Shown piece by piece: positions 17,093 through 27,246 of a stretch of DNA of 64,000 nucleotides (positions within the stretch are counted from its first letter, which is position 1; each line of letters opens with the position of its first letter). The notes beneath the pieces were generated by a model that worked only from the letters and a program-made list of their open reading frames with translations, made no database searches and had not been told where the DNA came from. The stretch covers positions 4,790 through 68,789 of the forward strand of contig CARYZD010000010.1 of the NCBI GenBank assembly GCA_949106495.1, read 5' to 3'. A program made the translations under genes and the position numbers. Source of the DNA: an uncultured Clostridia bacterium. Lineage in GTDB: Bacteria > Bacillota > Clostridia > TANB77 > CAG-465.

Positions 17093-19849
17093 TTATTTAT
17101 CTTTTCCACAACATTGTTTATATTTTTTACCACTTCCACATGGACATGGGTCATTTCTTCCAACCTTTTTCTCTGCTGTAACAGGTTTTCTTTTTGGTGT
17201 ATCTTCCCCACCTGCATTAGTAAACATGTTAGTAACTTTATTATTCATTTTTACATTCATTACTTCTTCTCTTTTTTTAGGTTTTAAAGAAAATACTGCT
17301 TTTACTGATTCTTCTCTTATTGATTTACTTAATTCTTCAAACATATTATATGATTCTATTTTATATGCTTGAATTGGATTTGTTTGTGCATAAGCTCTAA
17401 GTCCTATACCTTCTTTTAATGCCGTTATAGCATCAATATGATCCATCCATTTTTGATTTACTGTATTTAAAACTAAATATCTAGCAATTCTATTAAATTC
17501 ATCTTCTATATTAAGTTTTTTAGCTTCTTCAAGTCTATTATTATAAATACTATCTACTTTTGACTTTAATGTTTCAATCATATCTTCTTCATTTAAGCTT
17601 TTTATATCTTCTTTTGAAATTATATCATCTTCCCCAAAATAGTTCTTTAAAATAGCATTTACGGCTGGATAATCCACACTTTCAATGTTGTCTGCATCTT
17701 CAAAGTATTCCTTTGAAATATTTACTAATAATCCAGAGTATAATTTTTTAATAATATCTGAGATATCTTTACTTTCAATTACTTCTCTTCTTTGAGAGTA
17801 AATTATTTCTCTTTGTTGATTCATTACATCATCATATTCAAGTACATTCTTTCTAATACTATAATTTCTGCCTTCAACCTTCTTTTGTGCAGTTTCTATT
17901 GTATTTGTAAGCATTCCTTGTTCAATTGGCATATCATCTGGTATTCCTAATCTATCAATTATAGCAGCCATTCTGTCTGAACCAAATAGTTTCATTAAAT
18001 CATCATCCATAGCAATATAAAATCTTGAAGCTCCTGGGTCACCTTGACGTCCAGAACGACCTCTTAGCTGATTATCTATACGACGTGATTCATGTCTTTC
18101 ACTACCAATAATTCTAAGTCCACCAGCTGCAATAACTTTTTCTTTTTCCTTTTGAATTTCTGGTCTGTACTTATCTTCTATTTCTTTCATATCTTTTTTA
18201 GCAGAAATAACTCTTTCATCTTTATTATCTATTGGAGTTATTGCAAGCTCAATTTCTTCTGGAGTATATCCTTTTTTAGCTAGTTCACTTCTAACAATAA
18301 ATTCTAAATTTCCTCCAAGCATAATATCTGTACCACGTCCTGCCATATTAGTAGCAATTGTTACAGCTTTAAATTTACCAGCTTGAGCAATAATTTCAGC
18401 TTCTTTTTCATGGAATTTTGCGTTTAACACTTGATGTGGTATTTTCATTTTCTTAAGTAATCCACTAATTATCTCAGATTTATCTATTGATACTGTACCA
18501 ACAAGAACAGGTTGACCTTTTTCATAACATTCAGCTACTTCTTTAGCTATAGCTTCAAACTTAGCTTTTTGATTTTTATATATGACATCATTAAAGTCTT
18601 GTCTTAGTATTGGTTTATTAGTTGGAATCTCTACTATATCTAATTTATATATTCCTTTAAATTCATCTTCTTCTGTTTTTGCTGTACCAGTCATACCAGC
18701 AAGCTTATTATATAATCTAAAATAATTTTGGAATGTAATTGTTGCAAGAGTTTGAGATTCATTAGCAATTGTAACTCCTTCTTTTGCCTCAATTGCTTGA
18801 TGAAGTCCATCACTATACCTTCTTCCATCCATTACACGTCCTGTAAATTCATCTACAATTAGAACTTTTCCATCTCTAACTATATAGTCTATATCTCTAT
18901 TCATTATTCCATAAGCTCTTAAAGCTTGGTTTACATGGTGAGATATAGCAAGATTTGATACATCAGATAATGATTCTATACCAAAATACTTTTCAGCTTT
19001 TTTAGTACCATTGTTTGTTAATGCTACAGTTTTAGCTTTCAAATCTATAATGTAGTCATAATCTTCATCTGCTTCATCAAATTCCTTATCATTATTTTCA
19101 ATAATTTTTCTTGGTTTTAATGTTTTTGCAAAAGAATCTGCTCTCTTATATAAATCACTTTGCTTATTTACATTACCAGAAATTATAAGGGGAGTTCTTG
19201 CCTCATCAATTAAAATACTATCTATTTCATCTACTATTGCAAAATTTAAATCTCTTTGAACCATAGACTCTTTATCCATAGTCATATTATCTCTTAAATA
19301 ATCAAAACCAAATTCATTATTTGTACCATAAGTAATATCAGCATTATATGCTTTTCTCTTTTCATCTGGTGACATATTAGGAACAACAAGACCAACTGTA
19401 AGTCCTAAAAAATTATATAATTTTCCCATCCATCTACTATCTCTTGTAGCAAGGTAATCATTTACTGTTACTACATGTACACCTTTTCCAGATAACGCAT
19501 TTAAATATACTGGTAATGTTGCAACTAAAGTTTTACCTTCACCAGTTTTCATTTCTGCAATTCTTCCTTGGTGAATAATAATACCACCAATAAGTTGTAC
19601 TCTAAAGTGTCTCATTCCAAGTACCCTACTTGAAGCCTCTGCAACTGTTGCATATGCTTCTGGTAAAATATCATCTAATGTTTCACCATTTTTTACTCTA
19701 TCTTTAAACTCTTGTGTTTTATTTCTTAATTCTTCATCTGTTAATTTTTTTAAGTCTTCCTCTATGAGTTCTATTTTATCTACTAGTGGCTCAATTCTTT
19801 TAATTTCTCTACCACTATAACTTCCAAATATTTTTTCTAAAAGCTTCAT
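17093..19849 (-). CDS. secA: Preprotein translocase ATPase SecA
   Basis: MKTGEGKTLVATLP Walker A, DEIDSILIDEARTPLIISG, and the C-terminal zinc motif CPCGSGKKYKQCCG. Confidence 0.97.
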   Translation of the reverse strand: MKLLEKIFGSYSGREIKRIEPLVDKIELIEEDLKKLTDEELRNKTQEFKDRVKNGETLDDILPEAYATVAEASSRVLGMRHFRVQLIGGIIIHQGRIAEMKTGEGKTLVATLPVYLNALSGKGVHVVTVNDYLATRDSRWMGKLYNFLGLTVGLVVPNMSPDEKRKAYNADITYGTNNEFGFDYLRDNMTMDKESMVQRDLNFAIVDEIDSILIDEARTPLIISGNVNKQSDLYKRADSFAKTLKPRKIIENNDKEFDEADEDYDYIIDLKAKTVALTNNGTKKAEKYFGIESLSDVSNLAISHHVNQALRAYGIMNRDIDYIVRDGKVLIVDEFTGRVMDGRRYSDGLHQAIEAKEGVTIANESQTLATITFQNYFRLYNKLAGMTGTAKTEEDEFKGIYKLDIVEIPTNKPILRQDFNDVIYKNQKAKFEAIAKEVAECYEKGQPVLVGTVSIDKSEIISGLLKKMKIPHQVLNAKFHEKEAEIIAQAGKFKAVTIATNMAGRGTDIMLGGNLEFIVRSELAKKGYTPEEIELAITPIDNKDERVISAKKDMKEIEDKYRPEIQKEKEKVIAAGGLRIIGSERHESRRIDNQLRGRSGRQGDPGASRFYIAMDDDLMKLFGSDRMAAIIDRLGIPDDMPIEQGMLTNTIETAQKKVEGRNYSIRKNVLEYDDVMNQQREIIYSQRREVIESKDISDIIKKLYSGLLVNISKEYFEDADNIESVDYPAVNAILKNYFGEDDIISKEDIKSLNEEDMIETLKSKVDSIYNNRLEEAKKLNIEDEFNRIARYLVLNTVNQKWMDHIDAITALKEGIGLRAYAQTNPIQAYKIESYNMFEELSKSIREESVKAVFSLKPKKREEVMNVKMNNKVTNMFTNAGGEDTPKRKPVTAEKKVGRNDPCPCGSGKKYKQCCGKDK

Positions 19850-20005
19850 ACCTCATGTCCTCCATTTCGGACTAATTATATCATAAATGTAATAAAAATA
19901 AAATAGATAGTTATAATAATAGAACTTTATTTACTTTTATTAATTTATTAGTAATATTTGATTAAAAATTTAATATATATTTAATAGGAATAGTGGAGGA
20001 ACTTT

Positions 20006-20491
20006 ATGTTTGTTGTTAATATAAAAATGAATTATAAAAAAATACTAATAGCATGTGTAATTTGTGCTTTAATAATAGCTTCAGTAGTTGAATTTGGTGT
20101 AAAAGATAATTTTATTCTTACAAGTTCAAATATAGATAATTACGATTACGAGATTACTGATGATAATTTTATAAAAAATATAGAAAAAATACATAATAAT
20201 ATTGATGAAAATATAGGAAAAACAATAAAATTATCCGGTTTTGTATATACTATGCCAGACTTTAAAGAAGGTTTTTTTATTTGTGGTAGATATATAGAAA
20301 TGGATAGTGAAACTCAAGTTGCAGGATACCTTTGTAATTATGTTGGAGATGCAACAATTGAAGAAAATGAATGGATTGAAGTTACAGGAAGCATTATAAA
20401 AGGAGATTATAATGGAGAAATACCAGTTATAAAAGTAAATACAATAACAAAAATACCTGCTCCTGCTAATATGTTTATACAGAAAAAATAA
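20006..20491 (+). CDS. Hypothetical membrane-anchored protein
   Basis: ORF with RBS GTGGAGGA and one N-terminal TM segment. No confident family assignment. Confidence 0.55.
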   Translation: MFVVNIKMNYKKILIACVICALIIASVVEFGVKDNFILTSSNIDNYDYEITDDNFIKNIEKIHNNIDENIGKTIKLSGFVYTMPDFKEGFFICGRYIEMDSETQVAGYLCNYVGDATIEENEWIEVTGSIIKGDYNGEIPVIKVNTITKIPAPANMFIQKK

Positions 20492-20541
20492 TAAAAAAAT
20501 CTCAAATATTAAATTAGTATTTGAGATTTTTTTATTATATA

Positions 20542-21093
20542 CTATTTCCTTAAAGTCTTTTTTATATCTTCAAGTATTGTAACATCAATATCTTCTTCTT
20601 TTATTTCTGGGTCTGGATTTGTATCGCTAAAACACATTTTTACTTGTTTTGAATTCTTTATTTTTTCTATATGTGCCATAATTGTAGTATATAAAGTAAT
20701 ATATACTTCTATTTCATATCCTTCTTTTTCAATTAGTTTTCTTACATATTCAACCATTTCTGAATCTTGTGGATTAGCAAATGCTACATATACTTTATTT
20801 CCAACCTTTTCAAACGGTAATGCTCTATATGTAATTATAATATCTGATGGTAAAAAATTTAATGGATTTACAGATAATTTTCTCTCAATTATTGCAGATT
20901 TTACTTCCAAATTAGAAGATAAAACTTCAAGTAAATCTTCTTTATCACACATATCTAAAACATCAACAATTTCTCCAAATTTTAGTTCTGGATGCTCATT
21001 TTGATAATTTAAAACTATATTAACATCTTTTTTTGTAAGTACTTTTCTCTTTATAAATTCTTCACCAATTGGTAATTTTATCTCTTCGTTCAT
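20542..21093 (-). CDS. Stand-alone T2SS-E N-terminal (MshEN-like) domain protein, candidate c-di-GMP receptor
   Basis: Two tandem 24-residue segments, PIGEEFIKRKVLTKKDVNIVLNYQ and KFGEIVDVLDMCDKEDLLEVLSSN, fit the MshEN pattern RLGxx(L/V/I)(L/V/I)xxG(L/V/I)(L/V/I)xxxxLxxxLxxQ at most hydrophobic, Gly and Gln positions. ALPFEKVGNKVYVAFANP is typical of the GspE-N fold. Confidence 0.55.
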   Translation of the reverse strand: MNEEIKLPIGEEFIKRKVLTKKDVNIVLNYQNEHPELKFGEIVDVLDMCDKEDLLEVLSSNLEVKSAIIERKLSVNPLNFLPSDIIITYRALPFEKVGNKVYVAFANPQDSEMVEYVRKLIEKEGYEIEVYITLYTTIMAHIEKIKNSKQVKMCFSDTNPDPEIKEEDIDVTILEDIKKTLRK

Positions 21094-21203
21094 ATTATTT
21101 TCCTCCTAAAAAAGTCAAATCAACTCATAAATATATTATAGCATATAAATTTATTTTTGAATACAATAAAAATAAAAGATGAAATAAAATTTCATCTTTT
21201 AAA

Positions 21204-21680
21204 TTATTTATCATTTAAGTAAGTAATATTACCTTGTTTATCTATAATATAGTTTCTCAAATATGTATATATACAATTATCTATACCTATTTTATCTAAT
21301 GAAACAATATATCTTGCCTCGTCTTCATTATTTTCTGCTACTTTAAAATTGTCTTTTCCATCTATAGTTTCTTTTACAATATATTTATATTCTTCATCTT
21401 TTTTTGTGACAAAATAAATATCTATATCACTTAAAGAACCAATATCTGCAATTTCTATTTTAGCATCAATACTAGTTTCTATTTTTTCAATTATTGCGCT
21501 TAATTTTTGTGTAGCATTTTCACACATATATTCAGATTCAACTTTAATATTTTGTTTTTCTATATCTTTATTTTTTTCTACTATTGTATCATCCTTTATT
21601 TTTAGAGCTAAAAAAACAGTAATTGCTATTATAATATTTACTAAAATTAAAATCCCTAAAGTCCTAAGAAATTTTTTCAT
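21204..21680 (-). CDS. Hypothetical membrane-anchored protein
   Basis: ORF with an N-terminal TM or signal anchor. No motif recognised. Confidence 0.55.
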   Translation of the reverse strand: MKKFLRTLGILILVNIIIAITVFLALKIKDDTIVEKNKDIEKQNIKVESEYMCENATQKLSAIIEKIETSIDAKIEIADIGSLSDIDIYFVTKKDEEYKYIVKETIDGKDNFKVAENNEDEARYIVSLDKIGIDNCIYTYLRNYIIDKQGNITYLNDK

Positions 21681-21692
21681 AGAATTTTCTCC

Positions 21693-22178
21693 TTATTTTA
21701 AAATCAAACTATCGTAGTTATTATTCCACCAATCTATATCTCCATCTAGTTTAACTTTTATAAGGTCACCTTCTACAACATAAAAAGTTATACCTTCATA
21801 ATTATCCATTTTAAGTTTTAAAGTTGTATTAACATATTCCATATTTAATTTATATGCTTTCTTATCTCCATCATAAGTTTCAGCATTTTCTTCTACTAAT
21901 GTTGGAAGTAAATTATCTTGATTATCTTTGATTTTTTCTCCATCTTCTGTTTTACCTAGTAAAATTTCTTCTTTTGAATACACTCCAAAGGCATCAGAAT
22001 ATGAAGCGCCAACATAATATGATAAATTTGACTGTAATTTAATTACATCATCAAAGAATTTCCCTCCTTTTTCAGTTGATTTATATCCATTTGGTCCAAA
22101 TATAATATATGCTATTGATAATACTAATAATATAACTAATAATATTATAACTAATGTACTTTTTTTATTTTTCATCAA
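21693..22178 (-). CDS. Hypothetical membrane-anchored protein
   Basis: ORF with an N-terminal TM or signal anchor. No motif recognised. Confidence 0.55.
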   Translation of the reverse strand: MMKNKKSTLVIILLVILLVLSIAYIIFGPNGYKSTEKGGKFFDDVIKLQSNLSYYVGASYSDAFGVYSKEEILLGKTEDGEKIKDNQDNLLPTLVEENAETYDGDKKAYKLNMEYVNTTLKLKMDNYEGITFYVVEGDLIKVKLDGDIDWWNNNYDSLILK

Positions 22179-22295
22179 TTTTCACTCCTTAATTTTCATA
22201 ATCATTTTTATACTACCATAAAAAAAAATTTTTTTCAACACTATAATATTATATTAACATTAGTTTTGAAGTTATTCAACAAATATACTAAAAAA

Positions 22296-22316
22296 AAGAT
22301 ATCTCGATGATATCTT
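22296..22316 (-). terminator. Hairpin terminator downstream of spoIIIAH
   Basis: AAGATATC pairs with GATATCTT across a 5-nt loop. There is a T-run on the minus strand (A-run 22289-22297 on plus). Confidence 0.6.
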
Positions 22317-22327
22317 TCACAAATTTC

Positions 22328-22876
22328 TCACACATTAATATTTTCAATTGTTATATCATTAGCTTTAATATTTAATTGGTCAACTATTGTTTGCATAATT
22401 TGAGCTGCTAAACTTTCTGTTAATTCTTGTGTTTTTATAATAACATTTGCTTTTTCTTTGTTTGTTACTACAATAACAATTTCATCTACACCCTTAGATT
22501 TTATTACATTTTCTACCATTAAAATTTGATTTTTCTCTTCAATTAATGAACTAAGTTTTTCTTGGTATTCTGCTACTGTTTCACTATTTGTATTTGAATT
22601 ATTTATTATTTGTGAATAGTTATTTGCAAGTTCTGAATACATATTATCTCTATCATTCCTAAAGCGAGTAATTCTTTCATCATTATTATTAAAAACTGAA
22701 TTTGCCTCTTTATATATGCCTACTTCATCATTATTTGAATTAACGTATACTGTTTGCCCTAAATCTTTTTCTCTTTCAGGGTTATACTTATAATTTATAT
22801 ATCCTGCTATAGTAACCATAAAGCAAAATGATAATACTGCCATTGATATTCTTTTTATTTTCTCTTTATTTTTCAT
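22328..22876 (-). CDS. spoIIIAH: Stage III sporulation protein AH
   Basis: Last gene of an eight-gene operon whose order and sizes match spoIIIAA-AH. It has an N-terminal TM segment plus a YscJ/FliF-like C-terminal region. Confidence 0.75.
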   Translation of the reverse strand: MKNKEKIKRISMAVLSFCFMVTIAGYINYKYNPEREKDLGQTVYVNSNNDEVGIYKEANSVFNNNDERITRFRNDRDNMYSELANNYSQIINNSNTNSETVAEYQEKLSSLIEEKNQILMVENVIKSKGVDEIVIVVTNKEKANVIIKTQELTESLAAQIMQTIVDQLNIKANDITIENINV

Positions 22877-22885
22877 ATTAACCTC

Positions 22886-23416
22886 CTATTTTTCAAAAAC
22901 TTGTACTTTATATGATGCAACACCTAATAGATTTCCTATTGCTGTTGCTATTTTTTGCTTAAGTTCAGAATTTTGAACTCCATTTGCAACTATTATTACA
23001 CCTTCAACACTTGGTGTATTATACATTTGAATTATTGCTGTTTTCTTTCCACTTTCTTCGTTATATGCAACACTTTTTTCAATACTTAATACTTGACCAT
23101 TATCATTTAATGTTTGTTTAGTATCATAAACAATATTATCATTACCATTATCTGAATAATTTATTATTATTGATACATCTGTTATTCCAGATATTTGATT
23201 TAAAACATCTACAATTTTAGATTCTAAATCCACTTTTTTTGTAACTTGTTCTTGTGTATTTTCAACCACAGTTGTTTGTTTTTTATCTTTATCCTCATTA
23301 AATATATAGTTTATACTTATTAAAAGTATTACTAATAATACAAGTAGTAATATTAAATTTTCTTTTTTTCTTTTAGAATCTTTAGTAATATTTTTTAATG
23401 TCTCTAAGTAGTTCAT
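22886..23416 (-). CDS. spoIIIAG: Stage III sporulation protein AG
   Basis: Position in the operon. The C-terminal EGVIIVANGVQNSELKQKIATAIGNLLGVASYKVQVF is typical of SpoIIIAG. Confidence 0.8.
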   Translation of the reverse strand: MNYLETLKNITKDSKRKKENLILLLVLLVILLISINYIFNEDKDKKQTTVVENTQEQVTKKVDLESKIVDVLNQISGITDVSIIINYSDNGNDNIVYDTKQTLNDNGQVLSIEKSVAYNEESGKKTAIIQMYNTPSVEGVIIVANGVQNSELKQKIATAIGNLLGVASYKVQVFEK

Positions 23417-23419
23417 TAT

Positions 23420-23941
23420 TTACCCTCCCTTTTGTATATTAATTTTACTTTTATCTACATCGTATTCTTTACTAATAAAAGATATAATATCAAAAGAAGT
23501 ATCTCCATATAATGTAATATTTACTTTTTCTATATTATATGTATCTGTAATTTGTATATTTACATCAATTCCATTTTCAATATTACTAGATACTCTATTT
23601 TTAATATCTTCTTCAACACTACTTTTAAAGTTTTCTTTAACATTATTTTTATTAACATCTTCATAATTTGAAATATCTGTATAATTTATATCTGTTGCTC
23701 CAATATTACTTGTTGCATTTAGCAATATATTCTTAATAGTATTTGAATCAGAATTTTTAACCAGTGAAATTATAGGATTAGCTATTACAATTATTGTTAT
23801 TATACCTATAAGTGAATAAATATATTTCTTTAAGTTTGAGTTTGGTAAAATAATTTTTATAATTGTAAATAAAATACCAATAGCTAAAATTGAGCTTATC
23901 CAATTTTTAAAAATATCCAACATAATATCCCTCCTATCCAC
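23420..23941 (-). CDS. spoIIIAF: Stage III sporulation protein AF
   Basis: Position in the operon, two N-terminal TM helices, and size. Confidence 0.7.
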   Translation of the reverse strand: MDRRDIMLDIFKNWISSILAIGILFTIIKIILPNSNLKKYIYSLIGIITIIVIANPIISLVKNSDSNTIKNILLNATSNIGATDINYTDISNYEDVNKNNVKENFKSSVEEDIKNRVSSNIENGIDVNIQITDTYNIEKVNITLYGDTSFDIISFISKEYDVDKSKINIQKGG

Positions 23942-25085
23942 TTATAGAACTTATCATTCCCATTATAATACCTGTTGTCATAATAAAAAGAATAAGTATT
24001 CCTGTAAGTATTCCAAGCATATCCTTATATACTTTAGTAAATCCATCAATAAAATCTGAAATTGTTTTGTCCTCATTAATTGGTTCACTAAATGCAGATA
24101 ATAACTTATATAATATAACAACAATAAGTATTTTAAGAAGTGGAACACTTACAATAATTATTATTGATATTAAAGCAACTGCTCCACCAACTTTACCAAT
24201 TAACTCTGTTGCACCAAGAACTGTTTCTAAGCTATCAGATAAAAATTTTCCTACTACTGGTACTACATCTGATACTATATTTTGAGTAGTTTTAAAATAT
24301 ATACTATCTATAGATTTAGTAACTGTTGACTCCATAGATAATATAAGTATAAATATAGCAATTACTGAACTAAAAATATATAATGATGATTTTCTAAAAA
24401 TAGTAGACATCTTATCTAATTTAATATTATCCGATATTTTTGAAACTATATTTATTGCAATTGAAATTGTAAAAAAAGGTATAACTATATAATTTGTAAT
24501 TACACATATAAAACTAGATACAAATAAAAGTAATGGTTGTATTATACCAGTTGATGTAATCTTTCCACTTGCTAGTAAAATACCTGTTAAAAATGTTGAC
24601 ACTATTTGCATTGCATATCCCAGTAAATTAACAATGTTTTTGAACATATCAACTATCTCGATATAGTTTTTAAGTAATATTGAACTAATACAAATTATAA
24701 CTATTAACTTGGTTATTTTTATCACATCACTATTTTTATCTAACTCTAAGCTAGATAATACTGCCATTATAATTATTACGATAAATAATGTAGTAACACT
24801 TTTCATACTTGTCTTTACTTGCTTTAACAAATTAGAAACAAAAACATCTAATATATTTTCATATTTAATACCATTTCCTTGCAATAGCTCTGAATATAAT
24901 TCATTTACATTAAATCCCTCAATATTATTTTCTTTTAAATAAATATCAAATGTATTTAAATACTTATTTATCTCTAAGCTGCTTCCTATTTGGTTTGTAA
25001 TATCTGTTTCTTCTGCTAATATGTTTTGGTTAAAGTAAAAATATATGATAGAAAATAAAAGTAATATCTTACAAATTTTTCTCAT
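23934..25085 (-). CDS. spoIIIAE: Stage III sporulation protein AE
   Basis: Signal peptide plus a polytopic membrane protein of 383 aa at the AE position. Confidence 0.8.
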   Translation of the reverse strand: MRKICKILLLFSIIYFYFNQNILAEETDITNQIGSSLEINKYLNTFDIYLKENNIEGFNVNELYSELLQGNGIKYENILDVFVSNLLKQVKTSMKSVTTLFIVIIIMAVLSSLELDKNSDVIKITKLIVIICISSILLKNYIEIVDMFKNIVNLLGYAMQIVSTFLTGILLASGKITSTGIIQPLLLFVSSFICVITNYIVIPFFTISIAINIVSKISDNIKLDKMSTIFRKSSLYIFSSVIAIFILILSMESTVTKSIDSIYFKTTQNIVSDVVPVVGKFLSDSLETVLGATELIGKVGGAVALISIIIIVSVPLLKILIVVILYKLLSAFSEPINEDKTISDFIDGFTKVYKDMLGILTGILILFIMTTGIIMGMISSISG

Positions 25086-25468
25086 TATACTATCTGTGCT
25101 ACAATATCTACAAGAGATGCTATGATTGGTATTGAAAGCGATACAATTATCACTTTACCAGCCATTTCAATTTTGTTTGCTATTGCACTTTCTCCAGCAT
25201 CTTTACATATATCTCTACCAAATTCAACTATATATGATATTCCTATTACTTTTAAGATAATTTTTATATAAAAACTATCTATTGAAGAATTTTCTATAAG
25301 GGAATTAATTAAGTTAATTACAGATTTTAATTCATCAAAAACTAAAGTTAACATTATTACTGATGAAGCAATAACACATATTAAAGCAATTTCTGGTTTT
25401 TGATTTTTTAAAATTATTATTAGAGATACAGCTATAATTCCAAATCCGACAATCTTAAAAATAGTCAT
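25085..25468 (-). CDS. spoIIIAD: Stage III sporulation protein AD
   Basis: A 127-aa polytopic protein at the AD position. Confidence 0.8.
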   Translation of the reverse strand: MTIFKIVGFGIIAVSLIIILKNQKPEIALICVIASSVIMLTLVFDELKSVINLINSLIENSSIDSFYIKIILKVIGISYIVEFGRDICKDAGESAIANKIEMAGKVIIVSLSIPIIASLVDIVAQIV

Positions 25469-25476
25469 TATTTCTC

Positions 25477-25677
25477 CTATAAATTAAAAGTATCTCTAAC
25501 AGTATTAAATAGTTCGCTTATCTTTGAGATAACCATCATTAAAACAATAATCACACCTGTTAAAGTTGTCATCATTGCTTGATCTTCTCTTCCAGCTTTT
25601 GAAAGAATTTGGTTTAACACTGCTACAAGTATTCCTACTCCAGCTATTTTAAATAATAAATCTATATCCATACGCAT
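25477..25677 (-). CDS. spoIIIAC: Stage III sporulation protein AC
   Basis: A 66-aa two-TM protein at the AC position. Confidence 0.8.
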   Translation of the reverse strand: MRMDIDLLFKIAGVGILVAVLNQILSKAGREDQAMMTTLTGVIIVLMMVISKISELFNTVRDTFNL

Positions 25678-25683
25678 TCCCCC

Positions 25684-26199
25684 TTATATGAATATAACAA
25701 CAATAATTAATCCTGTAATAACTCCAATTGTTCTATATACTTTTGAATTTTTAACCTTATTAATATTAGCCTCTTTAATTTGTTTTTCTATTATAGTAAC
25801 TGTATTTTCTATAATATTATTTTGTGAATCTATATCACTTCTACCTAAATTCTTCATAGTAGAAATAATAATATCTTTATCATAATCATTTAATGCTTCT
25901 AAAGTATTAACATTATTTGTAATACTTACATCTATTTTATCTGTACCATACTCAGACATATCTAGTGCAATTGCACCTATTACATCTTTTAATGGTGAAC
26001 TTAATCTTTGTCTAGCCATTTCAAATGATACTGGTAAACTATTTGCCATATATATCATTTCATTTTGTAGTAATCTTAAAAATGTTATATAGTCTGTTAA
26101 TATTTCTTCTCTTGATTTAAGAGCTGATGCCATTTCAATCCCTATATATGATGTTATACATAATATAGCAAGTGAAATTATTATTTTTATAAATATCAT
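25684..26199 (-). CDS. spoIIIAB: Stage III sporulation protein AB
   Basis: A 171-aa protein, the same length as B. subtilis SpoIIIAB, at the AB position. Confidence 0.8.
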   Translation of the reverse strand: MIFIKIIISLAILCITSYIGIEMASALKSREEILTDYITFLRLLQNEMIYMANSLPVSFEMARQRLSSPLKDVIGAIALDMSEYGTDKIDVSITNNVNTLEALNDYDKDIIISTMKNLGRSDIDSQNNIIENTVTIIEKQIKEANINKVKNSKVYRTIGVITGLIIVVIFI

Positions 26200-27104
26200 G
26201 CAACACCTCCCAAAGTTTGTGTATCATATACTTTTTCTACTATTCCTGGTACTTTTCCGTTTGATAAAATCACTATTTTTGAGAATATATTTAAATCTAA
26301 TAATTCTTTTATATTTTGATTTTTTAAAATAGATTTTATAGAATCACCATGCATAGTAAAAATAACTTTTACTCCTGATAGAATTGCCTCTTTAATAGCG
26401 GTAATATCTTCTTTTTTACCAATCTCATCTGTTGCTATAATATCTGGTGCCATTGAACGTATCATCATCTTCATTCCACTTGCCTTATTTACATTACTCA
26501 TTATATCTGTTCTAACACCTACATCTAAACTTGCTACTCCCTCATATACAGATGCAATTTCTCCTCTTTCATCTATTAAAGCTACATTTTTTCCTTTAAA
26601 ATTTAGTGAAGGTATTCCATTACTAGTTTGTCTAATAATATCCCTTATTAATGTTGTTTTACCACAACCTGGTGGAGATACTATGAGCGTATTTAAAAAT
26701 TCATTATTTACTATTATTTCAGATAAAATTCTATCTGCACATCCATATATTTGTCTTGCAACACGAATGTTTAAACTACAAATATTTTTTATGTTCTTTA
26801 TTTTTCCATCTACATATACTACTTCTCCACTTATTCCAATTCTATGACCGCCTCTAATTACTACAAATCCGTTATTTAAATCATTCTGTATAGCATATAT
26901 TGAATTTTTAGATACATTTAATAGTATATCCAGTATTACCTTAGGTGTTGTAATACAATCTAAAACAATTTCATTTTTACCACATACTATAATTATTTTA
27001 CATTTAGTTCTAAGTCTAATTTCCGTTATATTCTGGCTACAATTTAATCTAATGATTTCATTTGAAATATAGCTTGGTAATACCTTTAATATTTCATCTA
27101 TCAT
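26196..27104 (-). CDS. spoIIIAA: Stage III sporulation protein AA (secretion-type ATPase)
   Basis: Walker A SPPGCGKTTLIRD and Walker B IIATDEIG. First gene of the operon. Confidence 0.9.
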   Translation of the reverse strand: MIDEILKVLPSYISNEIIRLNCSQNITEIRLRTKCKIIIVCGKNEIVLDCITTPKVILDILLNVSKNSIYAIQNDLNNGFVVIRGGHRIGISGEVVYVDGKIKNIKNICSLNIRVARQIYGCADRILSEIIVNNEFLNTLIVSPPGCGKTTLIRDIIRQTSNGIPSLNFKGKNVALIDERGEIASVYEGVASLDVGVRTDIMSNVNKASGMKMMIRSMAPDIIATDEIGKKEDITAIKEAILSGVKVIFTMHGDSIKSILKNQNIKELLDLNIFSKIVILSNGKVPGIVEKVYDTQTLGGVA

Positions 27105-27157
27105 ATAACCACCTCTTAGATACTAAAGTTATACTACTATTTAAATAAATAATTTGT

Positions 27158-27190
27158 ATTAATATGTTTTATTCATATAAAAAAATATTC
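27158..27190 (-). promoter_or_regulatory. Possible sigma-E-type promoter of the spoIIIA operon
   Basis: Minus strand reads GAATATT-17 nt-CATATTAAT. This resembles the B. subtilis sigma-E consensus (ATATT...CATACA-T) only partly. Confidence 0.3.
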
Positions 27191-27207
27191 TTATTTTAGC
27201 AAAAAAA

Positions 27208-27234
27208 GAAGAAGATATTATTGCTATCTTCTTC
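27208..27234 (-). terminator. Hairpin terminator downstream of the SNF2 helicase gene
   Basis: GAAGAAGATA pairs with TATCTTCTTC, followed by a T7 run on the minus strand. Confidence 0.65.
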
Positions 27235-27246
27235 AAATTTTTATAT

